A DNA stretch of 64,000 nucleotides from Leucoraja ocellata (Eukaryota): positions 5,704,001 through 5,768,000 of the forward strand of contig JAWMAR010000073.1 of NCBI GenBank assembly GCA_036785375.1. The letters are read 5' to 3'. Numbering within the stretch: position 1 is the first letter of the stretch; every line of letters starts with the position of its first letter. This document shows positions 53,263-64,000 of this stretch, piece after piece. The notes below the pieces were generated by a model that saw only the letters and a list, made by a program, of their open reading frames with translations, ran no database searches and was not told the DNA's origin. The translations under genes and the position numbers were made by a program.

Positions 53263-53942
53263 TGGGCCTGTCCCACTTAGGCGACTGCAGGAGACAATGC
53301 AGTTGCCACATGGTCGTGGGTGGTTGCCGGGGAGTCGCCTTCATGGTCGTGAGGAGTTCCTGCATTCTGGGAACTAGTCGCTGTGTCATTATGGTCCCGT
53401 GAATTTTTCAACATGTTGAAAAATTAGCGGTGACTAGAATGAAGCCGCCATGGAGAGTAGCGAGAATTCTCGAGCTGTGGTGGGTGGGTCGCCAGGAGGT
53501 CCTTGTGGGTCGCCAGGAGGTCGAAGGTTCTCTGAGGTTCTCGTAGGTTGTAGCTGGTGTTGACTGGTGAATTTCATTGGCTCATTGGGGGGAAAAAAAA
53601 GGTGAGCAGTAGTTTTCAGAACCAAGGATAACTGACCGGTAATGTTAAATGTCCGCCGAGATTCACAGCCGTGTATCTCTGGCTTCTTAAAAGTTTCCAC
53701 TCCTTCTCCCCCCCATCTCCACCCCTCTCCTCCCTTTCTGCCCCCCTCTCCACCTTCTCCTCCCCTCTTTTAAAGGACTTACCGTACACTGAGCTTTAGC
53801 CGTCTTTTTACAGCGCCAACCTTCCTATTCATCGCGGTGTGTGTGTGTGTTTCACCTTGGCTTTGCAACGTGTAAATTTTTTGGACCGCGCTCTCCCTGT
53901 TTGCCCTGTCCTCCGCCTGCATAATGGGCTGGTGAAGGAAGT

Positions 53943-53988
<46 letters not shown>

Positions 53989-54091
53989 CCACTCTGACAG
54001 TCGCCGTTCCAGTTGCCAGTTTTTCAAGCGACTGCCGGCAACTTGACAGGCCGGCAGTCCGCTGAAAAATCGCCTAAGTGGGACAGGCCCA
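53263..54091. mobile_element. PIF/Harbinger-like MITE containing a (TG)n microsatellite (~53944-53986)
   Basis: 22-bp TIRs TGGGCCTGTCCCACTTAGGCGA. 3-bp flanks TAA/TGA (imperfect TWA TSD). No coding capacity. Confidence 0.85.
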
Positions 54092-54592
54092 TGACTGTTT
54101 CTCTTTTCACAGGTGATGTCTAATCTGCATTTTCCAACATTTGTCATTTCTAGCATTGGAGCAGTGTTCTGCAAGTTCGAAAAAAAGGCTAGCGTAACTA
54201 GGACACTGACAAGTTTCCTCCTATTTTGATGAATTGATTAAAGTCAAAGGAGAAGTTATACAGTGCAATATGTTCTGCACGGCAGGAAAGGATGATGGAA
54301 TTAAGACCCGTTTAGCTTCTGTTGAAGAATCCACTTCCTCAGTTGGGGATGGAAATACAGGCGGGCTTGGTATCCAGGGCAAAACTGAGTTGGTTATGAA
54401 TAGGATGCATTTGTGCACATAACAATGAAAGGATAACATGTAAGGTGTAGAATAAAATAAAAGGTGGAAATAGTGTTGGCCATTGTGGGCAAGTTGGCCC
54501 AAAGGGCCTGTTTCCACTGTGTCTAACTCTGACTCTTCTTCTTCTTCTTGCGTATGGGGTGCACAGCCTAAAGATGTAGGACAACTTGTTCT

Positions 54593-54689
54593 TAGTCTGA
54601 AGAAGGGTTTCGGCCCGAAACGTTGCCTATCTCCTTCGCTCCATCGATACTGCTGCGCCCGCTGTGTTTCTCCAGCATTTGTGTGTACC
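54593..54689 (+). mobile_element. Penelope pseudo-LTR fragment with minimal hammerhead motif
   Basis: TSD gacaacttgttct at 54580-54592 and 54690-54702. CTGAAGA-A-GGG-tttcgg-CCC-GAAACGTT at 54597-54624. Confidence 0.85.
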
Positions 54690-54724
54690 GACAACTTGTT
54701 CTATTTGATCGTGCACACCAGGTT

Positions 54725-54778
54725 GATTGCATTCGTTGAAACAGGGCGGACCGCGTGAAGGTTACAATCTCCCACCCC
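54725..54778 (-). ncRNA. Predicted HDV-like (CPEB3-type) self-cleaving ribozyme lacking P4
   Basis: P1 GGGGUGG/CCGCCCU, P2 GAUUGUA/UGCAAUC, P3 ACC/GGU, L3 UUCACGC, J1/4 GU, J4/2 CGAA. Folded by eye. Confidence 0.8.
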
Positions 54779-55911
54779 ACTCTGACTCTAAAATGAGATA
54801 AAGCTGAGATAAAAAGTAATGTTCCACAAGAAATTACAGGTTGAAGTAATGTTTCGCATGGGTAGCCCTGCTTGGAGACCTTAAATAAAGGTGTCATTTA
54901 TGATTAAATCAAATGCATCTAGTTTCCTTTCCATGATCGGACACATTCAAAACACACCAGGTCATAATGCACCAACACATACATTAATTTATTGTACTTC
55001 TTCCTTAACTTTTGCAAAGCTTCCAAGGTTGGACTGCAGTCCAATGGGGAGTCGTCTGCTACCTTGCTCAGACCTTCCTTGTATGTTGAGCAAGTGTGCA
55101 GGTTTTGCAAACACTTCCTACTGGATGCCAAGGATTCCTTTTGAACAGATGCCTGAGGACACCAATATTGAAAAAGAGGTCTATGCCACGAATTGGTCCT
55201 TTGAGGGTATGATTCAGACTGCTACCTTGATACTGAGTGCAAACGCAGGATAATTGTGTGTCTTAAAATGTCAATCTTGTGTTGATGGGAAGTTTTGATT
55301 CACATGAGACGAGTTGCAAGATTGTGAAGACCTGCTGTTTTATAACTATGATTAAATATGTACAAACAATGAGTTGTGGTTTTGAGAGATAAATAAGCCT
55401 GTGTCTCAGCCCAATACTCTGCTCTGTCATGCTGGAGTCAATCCTGTTAATCAGGGGTGGATTACGAACTGCTTTAGACTTGCCTGGAAACCAGGTTTAT
55501 CAAGAGCCATGCTTGGCTGTAGATTGAACAGTGCCTCCAGAGTGAGCTCTGCTGATATCATATAGCTCCAAGACTGGAGAACATCAAGCAATGCTTTGAC
55601 ATGAATTTCTCACAATAAAAACCCATGCACATTAACTAATGGCTGCTTTCAGAGTTTGCAAAGCTGACAATGGGAGATACTTTCCAACAATCTATGGCAA
55701 TAACCACTCCCATTTCAAGATGCTTGGACCAAGCTGCCAGAAGCAGATACAATTACAACATTAAAAATGGCAGATACACCATCCTTTGTGTGAAACATTT
55801 ACCCCTCAGATTGACTTTTCATTTACTAATCGTATGCAAAGGATGTCTTCCCAATCTTCAAATTTACCTCACTGCAGCCCTTGTACTTTCTCTATAGCTG
55901 GAACACTATAT

Positions 55912-56078
55912 GCAGCCTATTTCCTTCGCTCCATAGATGCTGCTGCAGCCTATTTCCTTCGCTCCATAGATGCTGCTGCAGCCTATTTCCTTCGCTCCAT
56001 AGATGCTGCTGCACCCGCTGAGTTTCTCCAGCTTTTTTGTGTAACCTTCGATTCTCCAACATCTGCAGTTCCCTCTTA
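55912..56078 (+). repeat. Penelope terminal fragment with a 3x33-bp perfect tandem repeat
   Basis: Unit gcagcctatttccttcgctccatagatgctgct x3 (55912-56010). TSD aacactatat at 55902-55911 and 56079-56088. Confidence 0.88.
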
Positions 56079-57599
56079 AACACTATATTCTCCACGTTGT
56101 TTATTTTGTGTCTTGCACTATCTGTTGTATTTGTGTGTGGTATGATTGCACGAGTTTGATTTGATTTGCCTGGATTGCATGCAGGACAGAGTTTTACATT
56201 ATATCTTTATGCATGGGAAAATAATTTTAAAACATTCTCCCCTCACAACTTAAACCTGAGTACTCTAGTTATAGACTCACCAGGGGGGAGAAAGGCTCTA
56301 GCTATTCTATCAAAGCCCCATAATTATATAAAATTATAATGTCACCCCTCAATCTCCCGCATTCCACTGAGAATAAACCAGCAAGCCAATTTCCACATAA
56401 CTACAGCCCTCCATACTACAACCGTTGAGCAAAGGATTTGTCTTCCTACCTACACAAAAGCTGGGGAAGCAGATGGTTGGGCAGCAGCAGCCTGCTGTGA
56501 GATGCAGCAAATGTGGAAATGTCTGGCACAGGATGGCACAGGCCTTTTGCGTGTAGTAAAAATACTAATTATAAAACTGCTAGAATGGCAAATCATACCG
56601 TGCGCTGAAGAAGAACTGTCATCTGTGTGGAAGAAATGGGCTTGTTAAACATCTGCCAGGCTCTTTGTACTGTTATCTTGCTGCAGGATGTCAGTCTGCA
56701 AGAACACAAAGATAGACCAGTGGAAGTCAGATCCTTTACTGGAAGGCAGCTTTGCTAGCTCTTGTGGTGCTGAGCTCATTAAATTTTCAACATCCAGTTT
56801 GCTTTAGTGGTTGAACTGCATTTCACAGTGGCATTGTGGGTAATAGGTGTTAATAAGTCAGACTAAACATGCCTGGCAAATATACTCGTCAACTTTTGGG
56901 CTTTGAATCGTTGGTGCAATCTACAAAATGATAACATGACTTGAATATGATTTTGTAGCTGTGATAAGTTCACACTTGTTGGTGTCATCCTATAAATATT
57001 TTTTACTCTGCTTTATTTTGGGAAATAATGAAATCTACTTTGTTGGAGCTGCCATTACAATTCAGGTTGTGCTGAATCAAAATGGTTTAAGATTACTTCA
57101 GCCAGTGGCGACTAAGCTGGAAAAAACAATGTATTGTCTTTATGCATGGGAAAATATCCATGTCTTGATAGCATATAGGAAGGGTGTAATTCAATAATGC
57201 TTGGCCGATTATGAGTCTGTTGCTAGCACTTGGGTACTGTCATGTGATAACTGACATTGTTGTGATCTTGGTTCTGGAGTGGTGATGTGGAAGTATGGAT
57301 GGTTTCTTGCAGATTCCCACCAGTCTGATGGGAGGCTTGGAGCTGAGATACAATATTGTGGTGTGGAAGAATGAAGTGTTGCTACGATGTCATAGCCATG
57401 CTTGTATCTTACCTCATCTCAGATTGGGTTAGGATGATGGCTGGCATGTTATCACCAACATTAAATTGCGCCAAAATTCTGAGGGCAGCCAATTTTAAGG
57501 AGAATTCCCCATAATCATTTTGCTCAATCGTCAAGAAAGATCATGTATAGGGGTTTGTGCTGTTTCTTATAATTTTCTTGGATTTATCATGTGAAGAAG

Positions 57600-58538
57600 A
57601 CCAAGTTTGTGGATGACACGAAGCTGGGGGACAGTGTTAGCTGTGAGGAGGATGCTAGGAGGCTGCAAGGTGACTTGGATAGGTTGGGTGAGTGGGCAAA
57701 TGCATGGCAGATGCAGTATAATGTGGATAAATGTGAGGTTATCCACTTGGGTGGCAAGAACAGGAAAGTAGACTATTATCTGAATGGTGGCCTATTAGGA
57801 AAGGGGGAGATGCAACAAGACCTGGGTGTCATGGTACACCTGCCATTGAAAGTAGGCATGCAGGTGCAGCAGGCAGTGAAGAAAGCGAATGGTATGTTAG
57901 CATTCATAGCAAAAGGATTTGAGTGTAGGAGCAGGGAGGTTCTACTGCAGTTGCACAGGGCCTTGGTGAGATCACATCTGGAGTATTGTGTACAGCTTTG
58001 GTCTCCTAATCTGAGGAAAAACATTCTTGCCATAGAGGGAGTACAGAGAAGGTTCACCAGACTGATTCCTGGGATGGCAGAACTTTCATATGAAGAAAGG
58101 CTGGATAGACTCGGCTTGTACTCGCTTGAATTTAGAAGATTGAGGGGGGATCTTATAGAAACTTACAAAATTCTTAAGGGGTTGGACAGGCTAGATGCAG
58201 GAAGATTGTTACCGATGTTGGGGAAGTCCAGAACAAGGGGTCACAGTTTAAGGATAAGGGGAAAGTCTTTTAGGACCGAGGTGAGAAAAAAAAATTCACA
58301 CAGAGAGTGGTGAATCTGTGGAATTCTCTGCCACAGAAGGTAGTTGAGGCCAGTTCATTGGCTATATTTAAGAGGGTTAGATGTGGCCCTTGTGGCTAAA
58401 GGGATCAGGGGGTATGGAGAGAAGGCAGGTACGGGATACTGAGTTGGATGATTAGCCATGATCATATTGAATGGCGGTGCAGGCTCGATGGGCCAAATGG
58501 CCTACTCCTGCACCTATTTTCTATGTTTCTATGTTTCT
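57600..58538 (+). mobile_element. CR1 LINE, 5'-truncated (same subfamily as 38598-39573)
   Basis: ORF 57591-58313, frameshifted near the end, and (TTCTATGT)n tail. Confidence 0.92.
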
Positions 58539-59403
58539 AAGTACCTCCTGAAGATTAAGTTCATATTATAACTTCATTATTATTCTCCAGCTACTGAGGA
58601 GATTGTTAAGCATTCTAGTGAAGACTTTTCCTGTGGCAGACATTTGGGAGATTCATCTCTAATGATCACAATTGGACTTGCCTCCAGTCTTGAGGATGAT
58701 CCCAATTATGAGGTCTCTGAGATTCCCCACCAGGGTCGCATCTTTCCAGATGAGGGAGGCAAAGTCATACATTTGTGTTGCAAGTTGGTATATTTTGGTA
58801 TTTCAGCCATGATTTTTATTTTCCTGACCCCTAGTCCTTTTTCAGCTGCCTGACAACATTTAAAATTTCTAGCTGTAGTATGCTAGATTGTCATAAATAG
58901 TGCACAATGGGATGGAGACAAGAACACAATCAAGTCAAGAATGTGAAAGACATTCTCAGTTAAGGACAGCTTTGAGCTGGTTCTTCCAGCGCGTGCTGTT
59001 GCCGCTCTTGTTAAGCTCTCTTGATGACTCCTTGGGTGTTTGAGCTTTGATGGTGCTGAAGAATGCATGCATATCATGGTTATCGTTTCGTTGCGGAGTC
59101 TCCTGAGATCTAATTCACCATTTATTCTTTGGGATGTGAGACTTGTTTTAGAGGATCAGAAAATGTCAACTGCTTGCAGTACTAGTGATTTGCTGAGTTA
59201 GGATTAATGAAGTTGGTGTCCATTGCAGGTCTTGGTGAGTGAAGGAGGGTCCCAAGCCAAAATGTCACCCATCCCATTACTCCAAAGATGCTGCCTGACC
59301 AACACAGTTACTCTGGTACTCTGGTCTCTCTTTGGTACAAACCAGCATCTGCAGTACATTCTGTGTTCACGTTGAGATGGCTTCAGAAATAGCTGCCTTC
59401 AAT

Positions 59404-62205
59404 ACACAATAGGTGTAGGAGTAGGCCATTCGGCCCCATCGAGCCAGCACCACCATCCAATGTGATCATGGCTGATCATCCACAATCAGTACCCCGTTCC
59501 TGCCTTCTTCCCATATCCCCTGCCTCCGCTATCTTTAAGAGCCCTATCAGTCTCTCTCTTGAAAGTATCCAGAGAACTGGCCTCCACCGCCCTCTGAGGC
59601 AGAGAATTTCACGGACTCACAACTCTGTGTGAAAAAGTGTATCCACATATCCATTCTAAATGCCTTGCCCCTTATTCTTAGACTGTAGTCCCTGGTTCTG
59701 GACTCGCCCAACATCAGGAACATGTTTCCTGCCTCTAGCATTAACCTTTAATCTTATATGTTTCTAAACCCTTAATCTTATATGTTTCATTAAGATCCCC
59801 TCTCATCCTTCTAAATTCCAGAATATACAAGCCCAGCTACTCCATTCTCTCAGTGAAAGACAGTCCCGCCATCCCGGGAATTAACCTTGTGAACCTTCGC
59901 TGCAGTCCCTCAATAGCAAGAATGTCCTTATTCAAATTAGGGGACCAAAACTGCACAAAATACTCCAGGTGTGGTCTCATTAGGGTCCTGTACAACTGCA
60001 GAAGGGCCTCTTTGCTCCTGTACTCAATTACTTTTGTTATGAAGGCCAACATTCGCTTTCTTCACTGCCTGCTGTACCTGCATGCTTACTTTCATTGACT
60101 GATGAAAAAGGACCCCCAGTTCCTGTTGTACTTCCCCTTTTCCTAATTTGACACCATTTAGATAATAATCTGCCTTCCAGTTTTTGTTACCAAAGTGGAT
60201 AACCTCACACTTATCCACGTTAAACTGCATCTGCCGTGCATCTGCCCGCTCACCCAGCCTGTCCAAGTCATCCTCCTCACAATTCACAGTACCACCCAGC
60301 TTTGTGTCATCTGCAAATTTGCTAATGTTACTTTGAATCCCTTCATCGAAATCATTGATGTATATTGTAAATAGCAGCGATCCCAGCACCGAGCCTTGCG
60401 GTACCCCACTAGTCACTGCCTGCCATTCTGACAGGGACTTGTTAATCCCTACTCTTTGTTTCCTGTCTGCCAACCAATTTTCTATCCATGTCAGCACTCT
60501 ACCCCTAATACCATGTGCCCTAATTTTGCCCACTAATCTCCTATGTGGGACCTTATCAAATGCTTTCTGAAAGTCCAGGAACACTACATCCACTGGCTCT
60601 CCCTTGTCCATTTTCCTAGTTACATCCTCAAAAAATTCCAGAAGATTAGTCAAGCATGATTTCCCTTTCTTAAATCCATGCTGACTTGGACTATCCAAAT
60701 GTGCTGCTATTTCATCTTTTATGATTGACTCCAACATCATCCCCACCACCGATGTCAGGCTAACTGGTCTATAATTCCCTGTTTTCTCTCTCCCGCCTTT
60801 CTTAAAAAGTGAGATAACATTAGTTACCCTCCAATCCACAGGGACTGATCCTGAATCTATAGAATATTGGAAAATGAACACCAATGAATCCACGATTTCT
60901 TGAGCCAATTCCTTAAGTACCCTGGGATGCAGACCGTCAGGCCCTGGGGATTTATCAGCCTTCAGTCCCATTAGTGTACCCAACACAATTTCCTGCCTAA
61001 TGTGAATTTCCTTCAGTTCCTCTGGCCACTAATACATCAGGAAGATTGTTTGTGTTCTCCTTAGTGAAGATGGATCCAAAGTATCTGTTCAACTCATCTG
61101 CCATTTCCTTGTTCCCCAAAATAAATTCACTTTTTTCAGTCTTCAAGGGTCCAACTTTGGTCTTAACTAATTTTTTCCTCTTCACATACCTAAAGAAGCT
61201 TTTACTGTCCTCCTTTATATTCTTGGCTAGCTTACCTTCATACCTCATCTTTTTCTACCTGCCCTTTTAGTTATCTTCTCTTGCTCTTTAAACGTTACAC
61301 AATGGCTTCCCACTCATGTTTGCTATGTACTTCTCTTTTATTTTTAAACTGTCCCTGACTTCCCTTATCAACCACAGTCGCCCCTTACTCCCCTTGGAAT
61401 CTTTCTTCCTCTTTGGAATGAACTGATCCTGCACCTTCTGTATTATTCCCAGAAATAGCTGCCATTGTTGGTCCACTGTCATCCCTGCTAGGGTATCTTT
61501 CCAAACAACTTTGGCCAGCTCCTCCCTCATGGCTCCATAGTCCCCTTTGTTCAACTGTAACACCGACACCTCCGATTTCCCCTTCTCCCTCTCAAACTGT
61601 AGATTAAAACTTACCATATTATGGTCACTACCTCCTAATGGCTCCTTAACCTCAAGTTCCCTTATCAAATCCGGTTCATTACACAACACTAAATCCAGAA
61701 TTGCCTTCTCCCTGGCAGGCTCCAGTACAAGCTGTTCTAAGAATCCATCATGGAGTCACTCCACAAACTCCCTTTCTTGGGGTCCTGTACCAACCTGATT
61801 TTCCCAGTCGACCTGCATGTTGAAATCTCCCATAACAACCACAGCATTACTTTCACTACATGCCAATTTGAACTCTTGATTCAATTTGTCCCTATATCAA
61901 AGCTACTGTTTGGGGAACTGTAGATAAATCCCATTAGTTTATTTTTACCCTTACAATTCCTTAGTTCTATCCATACTGACTCCACATCTCCTGTTTCAAT
62001 GTCACTCCTTGCAAAGGACTGAATTTCATTCCTCACCAACAGAGCTACGCCCCCCACTGCCCACCTGTCTGTCTTTTCAATAGGAGGTTTACCCTTGAAT
62101 ATTCAGTTCCCAGCCCTGGCCCTCTTGCAGCCATGTCTCTGTAATTCCCACATCACATTTGCCAATTTTTAACTGAGCCTCAAGCTCATCCACTTTATTT
62201 CTTAT
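59404..62205 (-). mobile_element. CR1 LINE ORF2 pseudogene (APE endonuclease to 3' end)
   Basis: Successive ORF pieces 62089-62280 (GITETWL), 61288-61689 (LGGSDHN), 60997-61248, 60024-60986 (RT, FADD), 59837-60052 and 59547-59741. Confidence 0.92.
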
Positions 62206-63809
62206 ATTCTTATATCTGAATGTGCTGTCTTCAGTGTTTTGTGGAGCGTAAAATGCCTTGATATGCTGATTCAACATCACTGTTGGAAAGCCCAGGCTCA
62301 GAGAAAAATGGTAAAAGGTTCCTTTTGAAAATTTCTTGGCTGCATTTTACTAATAAACTCAAAAGTGTAGCCAACACACAGTTCTGACATTGTTTTTAAA
62401 AACCAAAGAATCTGTTTTGAAAGCCTGCCTGTGGCTGACACTCACTCTCACCCCTGCCGTGCATGATTCCTGTGGGCATGTTTGAAAGCTGAACCAGGAA
62501 TGCTTCCCAACATGGAATCAAATCCCTTAAGAATACAGTCCTCAATCTGAATTGTGGCCAGCTGGATAGATGACATTTCGAGTTGGTACCCTTCTTCAGA
62601 AGAGGAGGTCTGAAGAAGAGTCCTGATGTGAAACATTATCTATTCTTCTTCTCCAGGGATGCTGCCTGACCCACCGGGTTACTCCAGCACTTTGTGTCTA
62701 ATGGTGGTGATTTCCATCCCATGAATGATTGGGGGAAAAAAGTTATTTTGGTTTACTTTTCAACATGGGTCTTGCTGCAAAGAGACAGTTGACATGTTTT
62801 TTTGTGTTAATTTAATTAAATTGGCAGGTGAAGCTCACAGTGAGATCATTGTGACAAGTCAGCAATAGAAAGGGTAGCATTATTTAACGCTAAAAAAAAA
62901 AGAATGTGTTGGCAATTAAACTGTAGTAATTTTCTGGTTATCTGGGCCAACGATTTCAGCTGACTTGGATCATTTAAGCAGCCTCTGAGCTTGTTAACAA
63001 CGTGGGTTGTTCTCCTGCCTTTGGACATCCATATGCGAGCTGGTCTAGCACAGACTGCCTGCTGCAAAGCATAAAGGTGAAAACCCTCAGTTCCAGGAGT
63101 TAGTGACCCAAACAGGTGCTGTGAGAGAAGACTAGGCCTTGAATGACTATGAAACCCTCGCGCAGTGCCCATGTCTGCATGGCTGTGACCCAGGCATTGA
63201 AACCAGTGTCCTTGATGGCTCCAATTAACATTGTTCAGATAGTGCTCTCTTGTGCTTTATTCTATCTTTTGCTGAAAGCGGTTCCTTTGCAAGCTGAGGG
63301 GTTGCTGAGTGCATTATTGTTCTTTGTTAACTTCCCAACCTGAGTCGTCCGAATGCCCAACATGTCAGATTACTGTGAGCTGTATCTGAGATTGTTTATT
63401 GACGGTTATGGAGGCTTGTTTGTATCCTCCTCCCATCCCTGCTTCAATGCTGAATATTTCATACGTTATAATATCATAATCTTTTATTAATGATCACAGT
63501 ATGATGTCAACAACAAAACATCACAGATGCAGTAAAATAAGCTTCAGAAATAATTTTGCTTTTTTTTATGAAGCAAGATAGCTTTCAAAGGTTCACTTGG
63601 CAAGGCCTCAAAACTAGCACCTTTTTGGTCTGTTGAAATTGGATCATTGCTGGTTTGCCAGCTTGAATTTCCATCCCACGCAGAAAAACCTTCAGATGTT
63701 CTCCAGCCACTGCACATGCTCTTTCAAACCCGTTCCAAAATTTCAACGTGCTTCAGATTAGTTTCACCATCCTGTCTTTAATATACTTGAGATTTTGTAT
63801 ACTGTTATT

Positions 63810-64000
63810 AGGTATGTTGCAAAGCCTACCTGAAGCGTCGCTGAAAATCTGGCGCTGCGGGTGTGCGCGATTTTGGCGCTGTTTAGAGGGGGGCGGGTTT
63901 AAAACGCGATTTTCACTAGGCTGTTCCAATCGAAGATGTTCAGCCTAGTAAATCATTAACGAAAAATCGCTGAAAGACCCCGTCGCAAAAGGTATTATTA
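63810..64000. mobile_element. End of an unclassified CpG-rich non-autonomous element (possibly Helitron/Helentron-type), running off the window
   Basis: Abrupt switch to CpG-rich sequence starting with the small hairpin AGGTATGT-TGCAAA-GCCTACCT. Second hairpin ACTAGGCTG..CAGCCTAGT at ~63916-63949. Confidence 0.35.

Larger units (their letters stand above)
54537..54778 (-). mobile_element. Short non-autonomous retroposon (~132 nt net) with (GAA)n tail, possibly Ingi/Vingi- or RTE-related, interrupted by a Penelope terminus
   Basis: TSD actctgactct at 54526-54536 and 54779-54789. 3' end CCATACGC(AAG)n. Confidence 0.8.

Noticed and set aside
55912-56010. CRISPR-like 33-bp repeats
   Set aside because: No spacers, eukaryotic context; it is a Penelope-derived tandem repeat.

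Overview
Vertebrate genomic DNA, most likely from a cartilaginous fish (inferred from HE1/V-SINE-like SINEs, HER1-like CR1 LINEs and abundant Penelope termini). The only host gene I can support is a mixed-lineage kinase, best matching MAP3K9/MLK1, on the + strand. It has a CpG-island promoter at about 24.9-25.5 kb, exon 1 CDS at 25513-25785, exon 2 at 32282-32834, and an intron 2 that apparently runs off the window. The rest is mostly transposable-element debris: CR1, Rex1/Babar, L1, L2, a Hero-type RLE LINE, Penelope, two Gypsy LTR elements, a DIRS right end, Tc1, and Tigger-like and Harbinger-like MITEs. The most notable signal is three kinds of ribozyme-like RNA folds carried by retroelements. 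(1) A ~132-nt TSD-flanked retroposon whose first nucleotide is G1 of a well-formed 54-nt CPEB3/HDV-like ribozyme (54725-54778, - strand). (2) A hammerhead core with a non-standard strand order, joined to a kink-turn, in the 3' UTR of the Hero LINE (29365-29439). (3) About 20 Penelope pseudo-LTR fragments, several with minimal hammerheads, including a tandem array whose unit starts at the predicted cleavage site. All folds were derived by eye and are untested. Boundaries of degenerate repeats are approximate.
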